Origin: Eledone cirrhosa
Lineage: Eukaryota
Assembly: GCA_964016885.1 (NCBI GenBank)
Contig: OZ024740.1
Span: 356,748,001-356,812,000, forward strand
Direction of reading: 5' to 3'
DNA length: 64,000 nucleotides
Below the pieces are notes generated by a model, which did not search any database, had not been told where the DNA came from, and saw only the letters and a list, made by a program, of their open reading frames with translations. The first letter of the stretch is position 1. Each line of letters begins with the position of its first letter. The position numbers and the translations under genes were made by a program. This document shows positions 25,148 to 39,004 of this stretch, one piece after another.

Positions 25148-28100
25148 TAGCAACTAACAGTGCTGCGATCGAATGTCGCTTTTTAGCCCAGCCAATGATC
25201 TAAAATGTCTTGCACAGAGTCGGCAACCAAAACATTCACTGGGAATAGTCGGCTGTGGTTGGAGTTCGTGTACTTTTGCATGTCGCTTGAGCCCTCCTGC
25301 TGATTTACATTCTCTACCACATGTTTGGCAAGCATGATGAGTAGCATCTCCAACAGCAGCCTGGTAGTCAACCACTGGTCTTACTTTATGACTGCGAAGA
25401 TGACTTTCGAGTCCAGCTTTGCTTAGGCAGAGTCTCGCACAGACGCTGCATGTCAGAACCATAGGAGGACCCTCGCCGTCTGGAAGTGCAACAGCAATGC
25501 CCTTCCTCACGTCCCGCTTTACTTTCTCGTGTGCGATTCGAGATGCCTCAAAGGCAACTTTTCCCTCATATACAGTCTTTCTCCATTTATTACGATCAGC
25601 AGCAATATTCTCCCATGTATCACCAGAGATGTTAGCGTCTTTCAGAGAGGCTTTCAAGGAATCCTTATACCTCTTTTTTGGTTTATGTGGCGGTCGTTTT
25701 CCTTTGACCAACTCTCCATAGAAGAGTTGTTTTGGTATTCTAGAATCCTTCATCCTGGCAAGGTGACCACTCCAACGGAGTCGTTGCTTAAGCACAAGAG
25801 CTTCTATACTGTCACACATAGAGCTTTCCAAAATCTCGACATCACTGATGTGGTCCCTCCAGTGAACGCCATGGATCCGTCTGAGACACATCTGATGGAA
25901 ACGCTCCAATTGCTTAAGGTGGCGTCGATATGTGACCCAGGTCTCGCAGGCATAAAGAAGACAAGAGAGTACACATGCCCTGTACACCTTTACCTTTGTC
26001 CTCCTGCATATGACTCGCCGACCCCAGAGTCGCCTTTCTAGCTTTCCGAAAGCATCACTTGCTTTCCTAATCCTAAGTGAGATTTCACTGTCAAGGTTGC
26101 CATATCGATTGACAGTGCTTCCCAGGTAGACAAACTGATCAACCACTCCAAGTCGTTTGCCATACACATAGATGTTTGGTTCAGTGTACTGCTTACTAGG
26201 GACAGGTTGGTACATGACGACAGTTTTCTTGAGACTGACAGTCAAACCCAGGGCAGTGCAAGCGTCAGAAAATACATTCAAAATGTGCTGCATATCACTC
26301 TCTGTGTGCGCTACAAGATCGCAATCATCTGCATACAAGAGGTCTCTTATGACTGATGTAAACACTTTTGTCTTCGCAGCAAAGCGCCTGATGTTAAATA
26401 TGCTGCCTGAGGTTCGATATCGGATGTAAACACCATGCTCGCAATTCCTGAATGCAATACAGAAAACCATTGCAAAGTATATGGCAAACAGGGTCGGTGC
26501 TGGAATATCCCCCTGTTTCACTCCATTTTTTACTGAGATAGGCTCCGACATGTTACCTCGACATTAACCCAAGCCTTTCATGTCGTCATGGAAAGACCTA
26601 ACTAAAGCAAGGAACTTATCAGGGCAACCAAGTTTCTGGAGAACCTTCCATAATGCATCTCTGTTAACAGTATCGAAAGCTTTTGTCAGATCGACAAAAA
26701 CCTGATACAGATCCAAGCTCTGTTCAATGCACTTCTCCTGGAGCTGTCTAGCTGAGAAGATCATATCAGTAGTGCCGCGTCCAGCACGAAAACCAGATTG
26801 ACTTTCAGGAAGGACACAATCTGCAATGTGTGTCAGCAGACGGTCCAGAAGCACCCTACATAGAACTTTCCCTACGACAGAAAGCAATGATATACCTCTG
26901 TAGTTCCCACAATCATTCCTGTTACCCTTTCCCTTGTACAAGACCACCATTACTGCATCTCTTCAGTCCTCAGGCACGGATTCATTAGCCCATATCCTTC
27001 CAAACAGAGAGTGAAGATGTTGCAGGAGTCTCTCACCACCATATTGTAGGAGCTCAGCATGTATGCCATCCATACCTGGAGATCTTCCACTGTTCAGCTT
27101 CGAAATAGCCACTGCAACCTCCACAAGCGTCGGAGGTTCTGCGAGAGCTACTTTCACAGGACTTTCCGGAATGAGATTGAGGAAATCTTCACTGACGACA
27201 GATGGCTGATTCAAAAGATCATCAAAGTGCTCTCGCCACCTTCGTAGAATTCCCTGTGAGTCACGAAGAAGTTCTTTACCATCCTTGCTGCGAATCGGTG
27301 TCACCAGAGAAGAAGACGGTCCATAAACCTCACGCAAGAGACTGTACAACAGCTTTGTGTTATTGCAATCAGACGCAGTTTGTATCTCACCAGCCTTCTC
27401 ACTCCACCACTGATCCTTCATCTGAGAAAGACTCCGCCTAACACGTGATTTTACATCCCTGAGCTCCTCATGCAACGTATTCCTCTCCTGTGGTTTTGCC
27501 GTCAAGTAGCGTGACAGAGCACGCCTCTTATCAGCCAACAAGTCTTCTATATGTACATCATACTCATTAAACCAGTCCTGATGTTTTCTCTGCAGCAATC
27601 CCAGAACACGTCTGCCTACATCATAAACCGACTTTTTAAGGGTCGGCCAATCCTCACCAAGATCTGCAGCCTGCATCTCTTCTTCCAATGTCCTCTTCAC
27701 ATTTTTATCCTTAAGACGAGCAGCATTCAATCTTTTGGGCAGGGTAACACCAGGAGCCCAGATTTTACGTTTGGTGATTAGATTCACTTTTGCGCGTACC
27801 AGGCGGTGGTCCGTCCAGCACTCAGCTCCACGAAGAACACGAACACACTGCACATCCTGTCTGTCACGCATCCTGACTAGGACGTAGTCCAAAAGATGCC
27901 ATTCCTTAGATGCAGGATGCATCCATGTGGTCTTGAATTTGTTCTTTTGTTGGAACATGGTGTTGGTAACACACAGATCCAGCTCCTCACACACCTGCAG
28001 CAAGAGCATACCATTGCTGTTACACCTTCCCACCCCATGCCTTCCGATTACATTCCATGTGTTAAAATACCTACCCACTCTAGCATTAAAGTCACCAAGC

Positions 28101-28755
28101 ACGATGACTTTGTCTGCCTGAGGGATATTTCTTAGAACACCTTTCAAGGCATGGTAAAAGGACAGTTTTTCTTCATCGACAGAATTCATAGTTGGAGCAT
28201 ACACACTCACCAGGGTAGCATATCTTCCCTTGTCCAGCGGAACTCTCATGGACATAAGACGCTCACTAATCCCTACTGGGAATTCTTCTAGTTTATTCAC
28301 CAGTACAGTCTTAACAGCAAATCCTACCCCAGCCTCTCTTCTGGTTCCTTCATCTCTTCCTTTCCAGAAGAATGTATATTCTCCACAAAATTCCGTAAGA
28401 TGACCATCCCCAGCTAACCTCGTCTCAGATAAAGCCACGATGTCAAGATCGTAACGTCGAAGTTCCTTTGCAACAAGAGCGGTCCTTCGTTTAGGACGCT
28501 CCAAAGAATCCCTGTCAAGCAGCGTCCGTATGTTCCAGCAGCCAAGACTAAATGCCCTGTTTGGTTCTATTACAATGGCACGATGACGGGCGGGCCCAGG
28601 TTGTGATAACTTGGGGCCCCTGCCCTTATTGACAATGATCTTTTTTGTTCCAGAACCCAAATTGGCAATTATCTCGTTTACATTGTTCTGGAATATCATT
28701 GAAGTGGGAAAAAAAAAAAAAAAAAAAAAAAGTAATAATAATAGTAATAATAATA
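24727..28755 (-). mobile_element. RTE LINE, copy 2 (5'UTR missing)
   Basis: closely similar to copy 1; TGG>TGA stop at ~26963 and indels at ~26555-26577. Confidence 0.95.
25154..28700 (-). pseudogene. RTE ORF (APE-RT-zinc fingers), disrupted
   Basis: same motifs as copy 1 across ORFs 26963..28837, 26564..26950 and 25154..26551. Confidence 0.92.
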
Positions 28756-28812
28756 CATACATACATACATACATACATACATACATACATACATACATAC
28801 ATACATACATAC

Positions 28813-29422
28813 ATGGTGGCTGCCAACTCATTTTCAAGTACGGCCACTACTTTATATCCATGTAGGAGAACCCCTACCGATGCGCTGAACAAGTCTGACA
28901 TTTTAGTCCAGCCAGCGACTTGAAAACTCTGGTACAAACACTACCCTTGTGATAATTATTGACACATAGTGCTGGGACCATGGTACCATGTGACGACAAG
29001 TGCAGAGAGATCTCCAGATATAAAGTAATGCCTGTGCCGTGAAGCTTTTATAGTGAGCAAAGGCACTGCACAAAGCCAGTCCCACTCTCTTAACCAAGAT
29101 GATATTTACCAAAAAGAAGAACAAGTCAACATCATTGGATACCATCAGAGTTGCAGGTGTTATATCAGAGTTTTCCTTCTCCTAGAATTCTGCCTTGACA
29201 AAGGCTAAGGTGTCATCTCTCCCGGTGATTTTGGATGGCCATTGACTCTTAAGAGCTCCTTTGCCCTTTGACAGGTTTTGTTTTTAGTCCTGCAGGATAT
29301 CCAAAGTCACCCTCCTCACCAAGAAACCTTGGTGGGGTTGCCAGTTTAGTCGCCAATGACCCGACCATGAGACAGGTTGTACTGGGATACATGTTACCAG
29401 TAGCACCAACTGGTGACCTGAC
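28813..29422 (-). mobile_element. bipartite non-autonomous RTE derivative, copy 3
   Basis: same ~610-bp unit between (ATAC)n tracts. Confidence 0.88.
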
Positions 29423-29515
29423 ATACATACATACATACATACATACATACATACATACATACATACATACATACATACATACATACATACATACATACAT
29501 ACGTACGTACGTACT

Positions 29516-30124
29516 TGGTGGCTGCCAACTCGTTTTCGAGTACGGCCACTACTTTATATCCATGTAGGAGAACCCCTACCGATGCGCTGAACGAGTGTGA
29601 CTTTTTAGTCCAGCCAGCGACTTGAAAACTCTGGTACAAACACTACACTTGTGACAATTATCGACACATAGTGCTTTGCCTTTGGTACCATGTGACGACA
29701 AGTGCAGAGAGATCTCCAGATATAAAGCAATGCCTGTGCCGTGAAGCTTTTATAGTGAGCAAAGGCACTGCACAAAGCCAGTCCCACTCTCTTAACCAAG
29801 ATGTTATTTACCAAAAAGAAGAACAAGTCAACATCATTGGATACCATCAGGGTTGCAGGTGTTATATCAGAGTTTTCCTTCTCCTAGAATTCTGCCTTGA
29901 CAAAGGCTAAGGGGTCATCTCTCCCAGTGATTTTGGATGGCCATTGACTCTTAAGAGCTCCTTTGCCCTTTGACAGGTTTTGTTTTTAGTCCTGCAGGAT
30001 GTCCAAAGTCACCCTCCTCACCAAGAAACCTTGGTGGGGTTGCCAGTTTAGTCGCCAACGACCCGACCATGAGACAGGTTGTACTGGGATACATGTTACC
30101 AGTAGCACCAAGTGGTGACCTGAC
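29516..30124 (-). mobile_element. bipartite non-autonomous RTE derivative, copy 4
   Basis: same unit, head-to-tail with copy 3. Confidence 0.88.
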
Positions 30125-31534
30125 ATAGGTAGTACATAGGTACGTACATACATACATATTCTGAATGCAATTGTAAATATGGCTTCTTTTCCTAAAGTTT
30201 ATTAACTGGTTGACCCCTTGTCGTTCTACGTTCGTTGTCACCAAAGATACAATATTTACTGACATATATTTATTATTTCCTCATTTCGTTTTAACCACCA
30301 ATAACATTTAATTAGTGATCCCAGAGAATTTAATATATGACTAAGGGCAGGTTGTGTAAGTAAAGCCCTATCGTATTAAATGTTTCACGCTGTATTATAT
30401 TAATTGTCATTGGATAAGTTAATCTTACAAGAAACTTAGTTCTTTGCCAGAAATCGGTTAATTGCACTAAAGTGCATGCATTATATTACTGATGATCAAA
30501 AGAATATACATGTTAATTTAAAAAGTAAATTACAGTTTTCGATATCATCCACCTCACTACAAAACTCCCCGTCACCAGCTGTTGTTTTTATTATATCACA
30601 TGTGTATGCACTTTATTATATCAGTAACATACTGTAAGTAAATTGCCTTCCCTTTCTTATATCTCATAGCGTTATTCCTACCCCTGTCACACAAGTAAAT
30701 GACTTGCCACTTCTTTTGGCTCACACAGTTACTAACTCGCTTCTTTCAACATTCTTCTTTTTCTCTCCCTTTCTTGTTCCTCGCCCCGTTACTATTATCT
30801 TCCCATCGAAGCTGACTATGATAATTATATCGATCCTGTCTGATATTTGGTGCTTTTACTAACATTAATGTTGTTTGCTGATTTGTATACAGAATTTACA
30901 AATGATCTCGTTCGCTAGTATAAGTATTAGAGTTGTCTAATATTGACAAAGGCAGTACAATTGTTTAAATAATAATTCTAATGTGAAACCATTAGGAAAT
31001 AATAACATTGATAAAGAAATGAAAGAAATCTCGTATTTCAAATATTCAGATACTATTCAAATATCAAACGACACCTAGTTGTTGATCCCGAGGCCATTTC
31101 CGATCGAGCTGATATATATAAAAGAACTATCAGTGATCATCCTGTATTTTTGTCAGATATAATGTTTCTAGATTTACGTTATCCAATGTGTCCTTCCTTT
31201 TACAGGACGGTGCGGTGTGAATTTGAATTTTGCTGATAATTCAATCAAAACTCTCACAGCGCTTGTGGGAAAATTAAATCTAAACCCTTGATAAAATTTA
31301 CAAAGAAGGCTATGAAACGTAGATCAAATAGAGATTTTCAGATAGAAATCTCTAAATGACTCGTCTGTAAACGAATAATTTTAAACAATGAATTGCTAAA
31401 CAATGCGATAAACATAGCGATAAACAATGAATTGCAGTGTCCAATTTATGAATAAACGATGAATGCTGTAAGTTCAGAACGGTTTACAAAACAATCAAAT
31501 CATAAACTTTGGATAAGAAAAATGTTTAAGATTA

Positions 31535-31805
31535 GAGACTCTTTCGGACTCCACCCGCTTACCTGTCACCACAGTGCCGGCTGCATTCCACGCCATGCTG
31601 CCCTCAACGAGGTCATTAAGCATGGCTTGGACTAGCAGGCTTCCCTTCCCAGCACGAGCTGGCGGGGCTGGATCGAGGCGACGGCAAAAGGCCAGATGGC
31701 ATGACCATCTTCCCGTTCCGCGGAGGCAAACCCCTCGTCTAGGATGCCACTTGCACCGACACTTTCTGCAGCCGCAACCTGGTGCAGTCTGCGACTGACC
31801 CAGTT
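31535..31805 (+). mobile_element. internal fragment of the CRE-type element
   Basis: matches 15965-16235 (CACGCCATGCTGCCCTCAACGAGG...GGTGCAGTCTGC) and shares the same GTC TAG GAT stop. Confidence 0.85.
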
Positions 31806-31899
31806 CATATGTATGTATATATATATAAGTATATATGTATGTGTGTGTGTAAGTGTTTTTGTATGTGGTTGTGAGTATGTAAATATATTTTATTCTTTC

Positions 31900-32391
31900 C
31901 ATCCTACTAAAACACTCTGGCCACCTGTGGCTTGTATGTTAACTTGACCACTCACCCCAGTCTGTGCCATGATTCGGTCTTGTTAAATGTTTAATTTCTA
32001 TTACCAACCCACCTAAAAAATTTCCCTACTATATATCTGTTGAATTACTATTCTTGGGGTTTTTATTTACTTATTTTTTATTTATTTCTTTATTTATTTT
32101 ATTTATTTATTCATTTATCTATTTATTTATTCATTTATTTATTTATTTACTTATTTATTTATTTCAAAAAAGCACTCTGGCTAATTGACCACTCCCCATA
32201 GAAAAAAACGGCCTGTGCCATGAAGTGTTCCTGTGTATCTAAATACCCTCCCCCCCCATCCACCACCCCTCCCTTGCCACTACCTAAATGTATAAATACC
32301 AGAACTTAATATGACACCCAGCTTCCTGAAGATTCCATCTGAATGAAACAGTACTAGTCCTGTAGAAGCTCCTTCTATAAAATAAAATAAA

Positions 32392-32395
<4 letters not shown>
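31900..32395 (+). mobile_element. PLE-like 3' end with hammerhead
   Basis: TATAAATA at 32291, hammerhead at 32320-32370, AATAAA repeats, then (TA)n. Confidence 0.55.
32320..32370 (+). ncRNA. type I hammerhead ribozyme
   Basis: AGCTTC CTGAAGA TTCCATCTGAAT GAAA CAG-TACTAGTC-CTG TA GAAGCT; perfect 6-bp stem I, paired stem III, GUA site, weak stem II. Confidence 0.8.
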
Positions 32396-32445
<50 letters not shown>

Positions 32446-32452
<7 letters not shown>

Positions 32453-34150
32453 ATACTTTGGGAGGGTCATAGCTAACTTATTCATGGTATGGTGGGACAG
32501 TAGACTTAAACTTAAAGAACAATTAGAAGACCCCTTAACCCTGATAATGTACTCCCGCTACGTAGATGATAAAAACATCGTAGTTAAGACACCCCCACTA
32601 GAGAACAGTCAGGAACTAGAGAAAAACACAATGGAAAGCATCCAGCAAATAGCAAACTCCATCCACCAGAGCATTAGAGTTACTATAGACTATCCAAGTA
32701 AACACCCCAACCATCGATTACCTGTACTAGACACAGAGCTCTGGTTAGATACCATTAACAACAAAAAACAAATCCTCCATTCCCATTATGCCAAACCCAT
32801 GACTTTCAAACATCTGATCCACCGAAACTCGGCCATTTCGGACCATACCAAAATCAACATACTGATTGCGAATTTGGTACGGGTGATGAGAAATGTGTCC
32901 CGCGTGTGCAACCCCGAAGAACTAGAGAGACACATACAACACTTCATCCACCGTATGCAGTTCTCTGGCTACAGTCAGAGAGATAAAATCAGAGTGTATA
33001 AAGGAGCCAGAACCAAATGGGAAAAAATGGTAAATAATGACATAAATGAGACCTGCCCCTTGTATAGGAGCAAATTTTGGAATAGAATAGAAAGAACTAG
33101 GAACAAGGCTAATAGAATAAACTCATGGTATGATAGCAATAAATACCAGAGTGTAATGTTCATCGATACAACCCCTAGAGGTGAATTAGCTTACAAATTT
33201 AGAAGGGCCCTAAATAAACATAAACTCAATATTAAGATAGTAGAAAGACCAGGTACCTCCATAAAAACACTTATTAGCAAGACATACCCTTTTCAAAGAC
33301 CCTCATGTATAGATAAGAAATGTATAACCTGTAAAATAAGCCGCCATATTAACTGTAAAACTAGAAATGTAGTGTATAGCATAAGATGTACTGAAGGATA
33401 ATGTAGAGACAAAAATATAGTGTACATAGGTGAGACAGCTCGTAGTGTAGGGGAACTGATAAATGAACACTGGCGAGATCTTCAAGATAATAAAGAATCA
33501 TCTGTACTCTACCAACATGCAAAAATAGAACACAAGGGTAAATTAGAGAACATAGAAATAAAAATAGAATCTACACACAGAAAAGACGCAATGTTTAGAC
33601 AAATTACAGAGGCAATAAACATAAAAGAATTACAACCAAAATTAAATAGAAAATATGAGTGGAACAGCAACATCACAACTTACAATTAAGGACAAAATGA
33701 AAACACACACAGATATAGAACAAACAACCAACCAGTAACATGTAAATAAACAAATAAATAAATAAATGAACATAAACACACACAGACACCCGGATGTGGT
33801 GCATGCGCAGACTGAGCACACAACACACACACAGAAACAAAATGGCGTAGGACAGAACAAAGGAGAGGCACAGAAACAAAGAAAGGAATCCCCAGTCACT
33901 GAAGAGGTCACAGAGTGTGTGACGAAAGAACTATGACTATATATAAACAACTATCTGGTTGTGAAACCAACCAACCAACCAGAAATTTATAAATTTATAA
34001 ACTTATAAATTTATAAATATATAATAAATTGAAGTGAAAGCAACTGGTGCGTGTGTTTCTTATTGGCAACATGACCCTCCCAAAGTATAACAATATCGGT
34101 TTCAACACACGATTTCAGATAAAGAATCTTGCTAAACAAATTCAGAAACG

Positions 34151-34152
<2 letters not shown>
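32446..34152 (+). mobile_element. PLE family A, second 5'-truncated copy
   Basis: RT C-half plus GIY-YIG nearly identical to 4689-5910; CAA>TAA stop at 33399; 25-bp inverted terminal piece at 32446-32470; 3' pLTR 33690-34152; (TA)n flanks. Confidence 0.93.
33894..33938 (+). ncRNA. type I hammerhead ribozyme (PLE family A)
   Basis: AGTCA CTGAAGAG GTCACA-GAGTG-TGTGAC GAAA GAAC TA TGACT. Confidence 0.75.
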
Positions 34153-34225
<73 letters not shown>

Positions 34226-34275
34226 AGTATGTATGTATACGTACATACATATATGTATACAGACGTACAGTAGCA

Positions 34276-34337
<62 letters not shown>

Positions 34338-34488
34338 CAGGTACACATACATATATGTACGTATCAGTTTAGCGGACGCTTATTATAACGCCCGCTTTGT
34401 TCGTTTGTAAACAAACTGAACAGCCTGAAGCTATGCCGTACGGTGTTAAGGCAACCACGTCACCTTTTTGTTCAACACTGACACAGGA

Positions 34489-34531
34489 ACGATGTACTAG
34501 TTTCAAGCTTGTTAGCTATCATCAGCACCGT
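34489..34531 (-). ncRNA. type I hammerhead ribozyme
   Basis: ACGGTG CTGATGA TAGC-TAACAA-GCTT GAAA CTAG TA CATCGT. Confidence 0.87.
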
Positions 34532-34767
34532 ATACCCTTCTGCCAGATGGTTGAACGTTCGAAAGTATATACTTTCCTTATGAAAATTAACGTCTGAGCA
34601 GCCTAATTTGCATATAGAGTGAGTTAAATCGGTCAGGCGTACCGAAAACGATAAGTTGTAATAAAATGAAAACGAAATTTCATTTCTCACTCTTAGTACG
34701 GCACTTACTTAAATGTAAGTATGTATGTATACGTACATACATATATGTATACAGACGTACACTAGCA

Positions 34768-34809
<42 letters not shown>

Positions 34810-35245
34810 TACAGGTACACATACATATATGTACGTATCAGTTTAGCGGACGCTTATTATAACGCCCGCTTTGTTCGTTTGTAAACAAACTGAACAGCTT
34901 GAATTTATGCCGTACGGTGTTAAGGCAATCACGTCACCTTTTTGTTCAACACTGACACAGGAACGATGTTCTAGTTTCAAGCTTGTTAGCTATCATCAGC
35001 ACCGTATACCCTTCTGCCAGATGGTTGAACGTTCGAAAGTATATACTTTCCTTATGAAAATTAACGGCTACTGTACGTCTGTATACATATATGCTACTGT
35101 ACGTCTGTATACATATATGTATGTACGTATACATACATACTTACATTTAAGTAAGTGCCGTACTAAGAGTGAGAAATGAAATTTCGTTTTCATTTTATTA
35201 CAACTTATCGTTTTCGGTACGCCTGACCGATTTAACTCACTCGAT

Positions 35246-35296
35246 ATGCAAATTAGGCTGCTCAGCCGTTAATTTTCATAAGGAAAGTATATACTT
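35246..35296 (+). promoter_or_regulatory. putative snRNA-type promoter (octamer, PSE-like box, TATA)
   Basis: ATGCAAAT at 35246, TCAGCCGTTAATTTTCATAAG, TATATA at 35288; octamer is 88 nt upstream of the hammerhead core in the R1 units that retain it. Confidence 0.5.
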
Positions 35297-35327
35297 TCGA
35301 ACGTTCAACCATCTGGCAGAAGGGTAT

Positions 35328-35370
35328 ACGGTGCTGATGATAGCTAACAAGCTTGAAACTAGTACATCGT
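35328..35370 (+). ncRNA. type I hammerhead ribozyme
   Basis: ACGGTG CTGATGA TAGC-TAACAA-GCTT GAAA CTAG TA CATCGT. Confidence 0.87.
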
Positions 35371-35521
35371 TCCTGTGTCAGTGTTGAACAAAAAGGTGAC
35401 GTGATTGCCTTAACACCGTACGGCATAAATTCAGGCTGTTCAGTTTGTTTACAAACGAACAAAGCGGGCGTTATAATAAGCGTCCGCTAAACTGATACGT
35501 ACATATATGTATGTGTACCTG

Positions 35522-35581
<60 letters not shown>

Positions 35582-35693
35582 TGCTACTGTACGTCTGTAT
35601 ACATATATGTATGTACGTATACATACATACTTACATTTAAGTAAGTGCCGTACTAAGAGTGAGAAATGAAATTTCGTTTTCATTTTATTACAA

Positions 35694-35809
<116 letters not shown>

Positions 35810-38747
35810 GTCTTCAGTATTAGAATGACAATCAAATCAAGATCTGCAAATATTTATATCTGACCAGAAAGAGATTTGCAGGCGCGCTCATAAAAGTCAA
35901 TAATTAGAAAAGAATTATACTATGTATACAAATAACAAATAAGGATTCAGACAATGAAAAAAGAATGATATAAATTTGAATGACTAAATATGCAAGTTTA
36001 CAATTTAACATAAACTAGGAAAACAAATACATCCGAATTGGAAATGAATGAAGTCGATTATACGAAGTCAATAACACTTTTCAAATGCTCTTTTACAAAT
36101 TACTCATCCACAATATATGACAAGTTCCGTGACCTAATCGTCAAAATTCACGAGATATTTTTGGGTGCATTAAAAAACAAAATATCTTTAATTGGTCACC
36201 TCAATAGATGTTTAACTAATGTTGCAAGATAACACATACGTAGATATTTTCATCAAGCTAGGCTGAGCCATTATATAGCTAAAGTTATTAACATTTAACT
36301 GTCTAACACGATACTCTAACAGTGACAAACTATAAACTCTATACTCGGAGAACATATCCAGTCGACCATCTCCAGGTTTTTATCCATATATATTGAATAT
36401 ATGGAACCAATAAAACAAATTAATGTTTTTTTTAAATTATTTTATGAGTGTTATACATCCGTCGCATCCGACTACAAATGTTCCAACTGATTTGTGGATT
36501 TAATGTGCAAATGGCTACGAATTCCACAGACTTGTGTACCATTAACTTAATTCTTTAAACGATTCTACGTGACACAGGATGTGGCAACGCTGGCCCATTG
36601 GATTAAGTACACTTCAGACTTGCCAGCTGAGCAGATTTGAGTAACGTGAAATAAAGTGTTACCGCTGGTAACCGAACGCAAGACCTCACTATTATGAGAC
36701 TAACACGATAAAAATCTAAGCGAGGCGCTGTTATGTTTGGAAATATGATAACCATAAATGTAAATCTTTCTTCATCATACTAATAATCGTTTGAATGTCT
36801 TGACGTAAATACAATGTTTGGATACTAAGACGCCTATATAATCGATTGGGATTTGGCATGGTGTTGTGGGATTATCCCAAAGTTGTAAGCAGAAGGAAGC
36901 CTATAAAATCGATATGGATGAGCATGTTTAAATCATTGAATAGAAGGAAAATTCGATAGTATTTTTTCACTCTTCATTTACTGGTTTCAGTTATCTGACT
37001 GCGTTCATGCTTGGTAGACTTCAATGATTACAGTTGAGTATATCATACTATCGTTCTCTTCAGATACAAAATGCAAAACAGATATTGGTGGTAGGAAACA
37101 TTTCCAGTCGACGACGAATAATAGAGGGCTTATCAGTTAGAATAATTCGGACTTGCCCCAAATTCCACCACAATGTTTTCGACAATGCCAGGTTAACGAC
37201 AAGGGAGGAAGATGCGTATTGTGCAGAGAGAACAAACTTGAAACTATGCGGTTGTGAAACAAACTTATTAACCACGTTTTTATGATTGCGCCTATGAATG
37301 TTGTGAATAAAACATAGTATGTTTTCTCTTTGCAACATATATTAACATAATTCAAAGATTTCTAGCTGCATTATACCTATAAACTATAGCCTATGCAAAA
37401 GGTGTTAACAAAAAAGATAACATGAATAATATTGACTACCCAATGAATATCCTTTCATGCGAATCGATTTCTTATAACTTCCACACATCAATTTTATATG
37501 ATGTTTTTTTATCTCTTTTGACTATGAATAAATATCTCTTCTAAAGCGATTATTGAAGAAATGTTAACATACAAATTTACAAAATAGATAAACATATCGC
37601 AGTATTCTTAAGGAAATGTTGAATTTTGTGGACTATAGGAAACAAACTTAATAGTTACTGTAGATCTACTTGTTGTTTCTTTTACTCTTATGTATTCATG
37701 AACTGATTTGCGTAAAATTCTGCCAGTAAAGGGATTAAACAAGCATCACCTAATTACATTAAGTAAACTTCTATTTCTGAATATTTTCAAGGAATGGAAA
37801 TGTATTACAATGAAAGTTTCAAAAAGAAAACAGTTTTGCAAAAGAAACATTATTGGCGAGTGTTATCTGGGATCCTGAGCAGGTGATTTTCAGAAAAATA
37901 ATTTTTTAAATAATAATTTTAAAATTTTAATAGCCGTACGTTCGTTTGAAATATGCAATTTGATTTTAAAATCGTTTCAAGAATAAATTTATGAGAACAG
38001 AAATATGAGCTGAATTTTTATATCAAAATACAAATAAATATTAACCAAAATACAAATAAATATTAACCATAAATATTAACCAAAATAAAGTACGATAAAT
38101 TTACTACCATAACACTAGATATATTTCCCTTCCTTGCGTATGTCTTTCTCCCCCCATCTCTCTATTTCACTCTCTTCCTATTTACCTCTTTTCGCTCGTA
38201 TTCGGTTTTATAATTTCCCCACCAAGTAGTTTTATACGCTCTATACGACTATCCTTTATTTTCTTTTTTATTCTGTTAAATTCCACGAATGAAACTGCAC
38301 AAACCTTATCAAATACAAATTTAACTGATATGTTATTAAATACATTACTTTCAGAATTCAAATAATATTTATTAAAATATAATTTCAAAATGCTATTTAT
38401 TTCGTTTCGTTTAAGCTTTTCTGATACCTGTATTTATTTTTACTTTTTTATAAATGCTATCGAAATGTTATGTATGAATGACCAAAAAGAGAAAAACAAT
38501 AAAATAAAATTATAATTGAAATAATATGACTCTTAAATACAGATTTTGGGAAGAATTACGTTACGTTTCCGTGATGGAGAAAATAATTCGCTAAAAATAT
38601 ATAGTATCTGACTTTAAATCGTTTTAAAATCTAATTTATACTATTAATGTGTGAATGCGTGTCTGCTCTCTTTCAATTGTTTGAATTATTCAGATAAAGA
38701 ACAGATTGGTTTCTACTAAAGAAAAACTGTTCTATCATTGCAAGTTA

Positions 38748-38751
38748 GACG

Positions 38752-38836
<85 letters not shown>

Positions 38837-38900
38837 CGGCGGCGGTGGCGGCGGCGACGGCGGCGGCGGCGGCGAATAATAATAATAAGAAGAAGAAGAT
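38748..38900. repeat. compound (GAC)n(GGC)n(AAT)n(GAA)n microsatellite
   Basis: seen directly. Confidence 0.95.
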
Positions 38901-39004
38901 AGTTACATGTTAAAAATTAGAAAAACTTTTAATTTTCAGTTTCTCGTATAGATTAAGTTTAGAAAAACGCTAACAATTCTATTCTATTATTCAAGAATAA
39001 TTCC

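Noticed and set aside
29990-30124. HDV-like or twister ribozyme at the 5' end of the short RTE derivative
   Set aside because: Partial elements are present (CCAGT/ACTGG after CTAA, small hairpins), but I could not assemble the full nested pseudoknot; left uncalled.
17860-30124. Repeated units as LTRs or a CRISPR-like array
   Set aside because: Units end in microsatellite tails, lack TG...CA termini and gag/integrase, and show no repeat-spacer periodicity.
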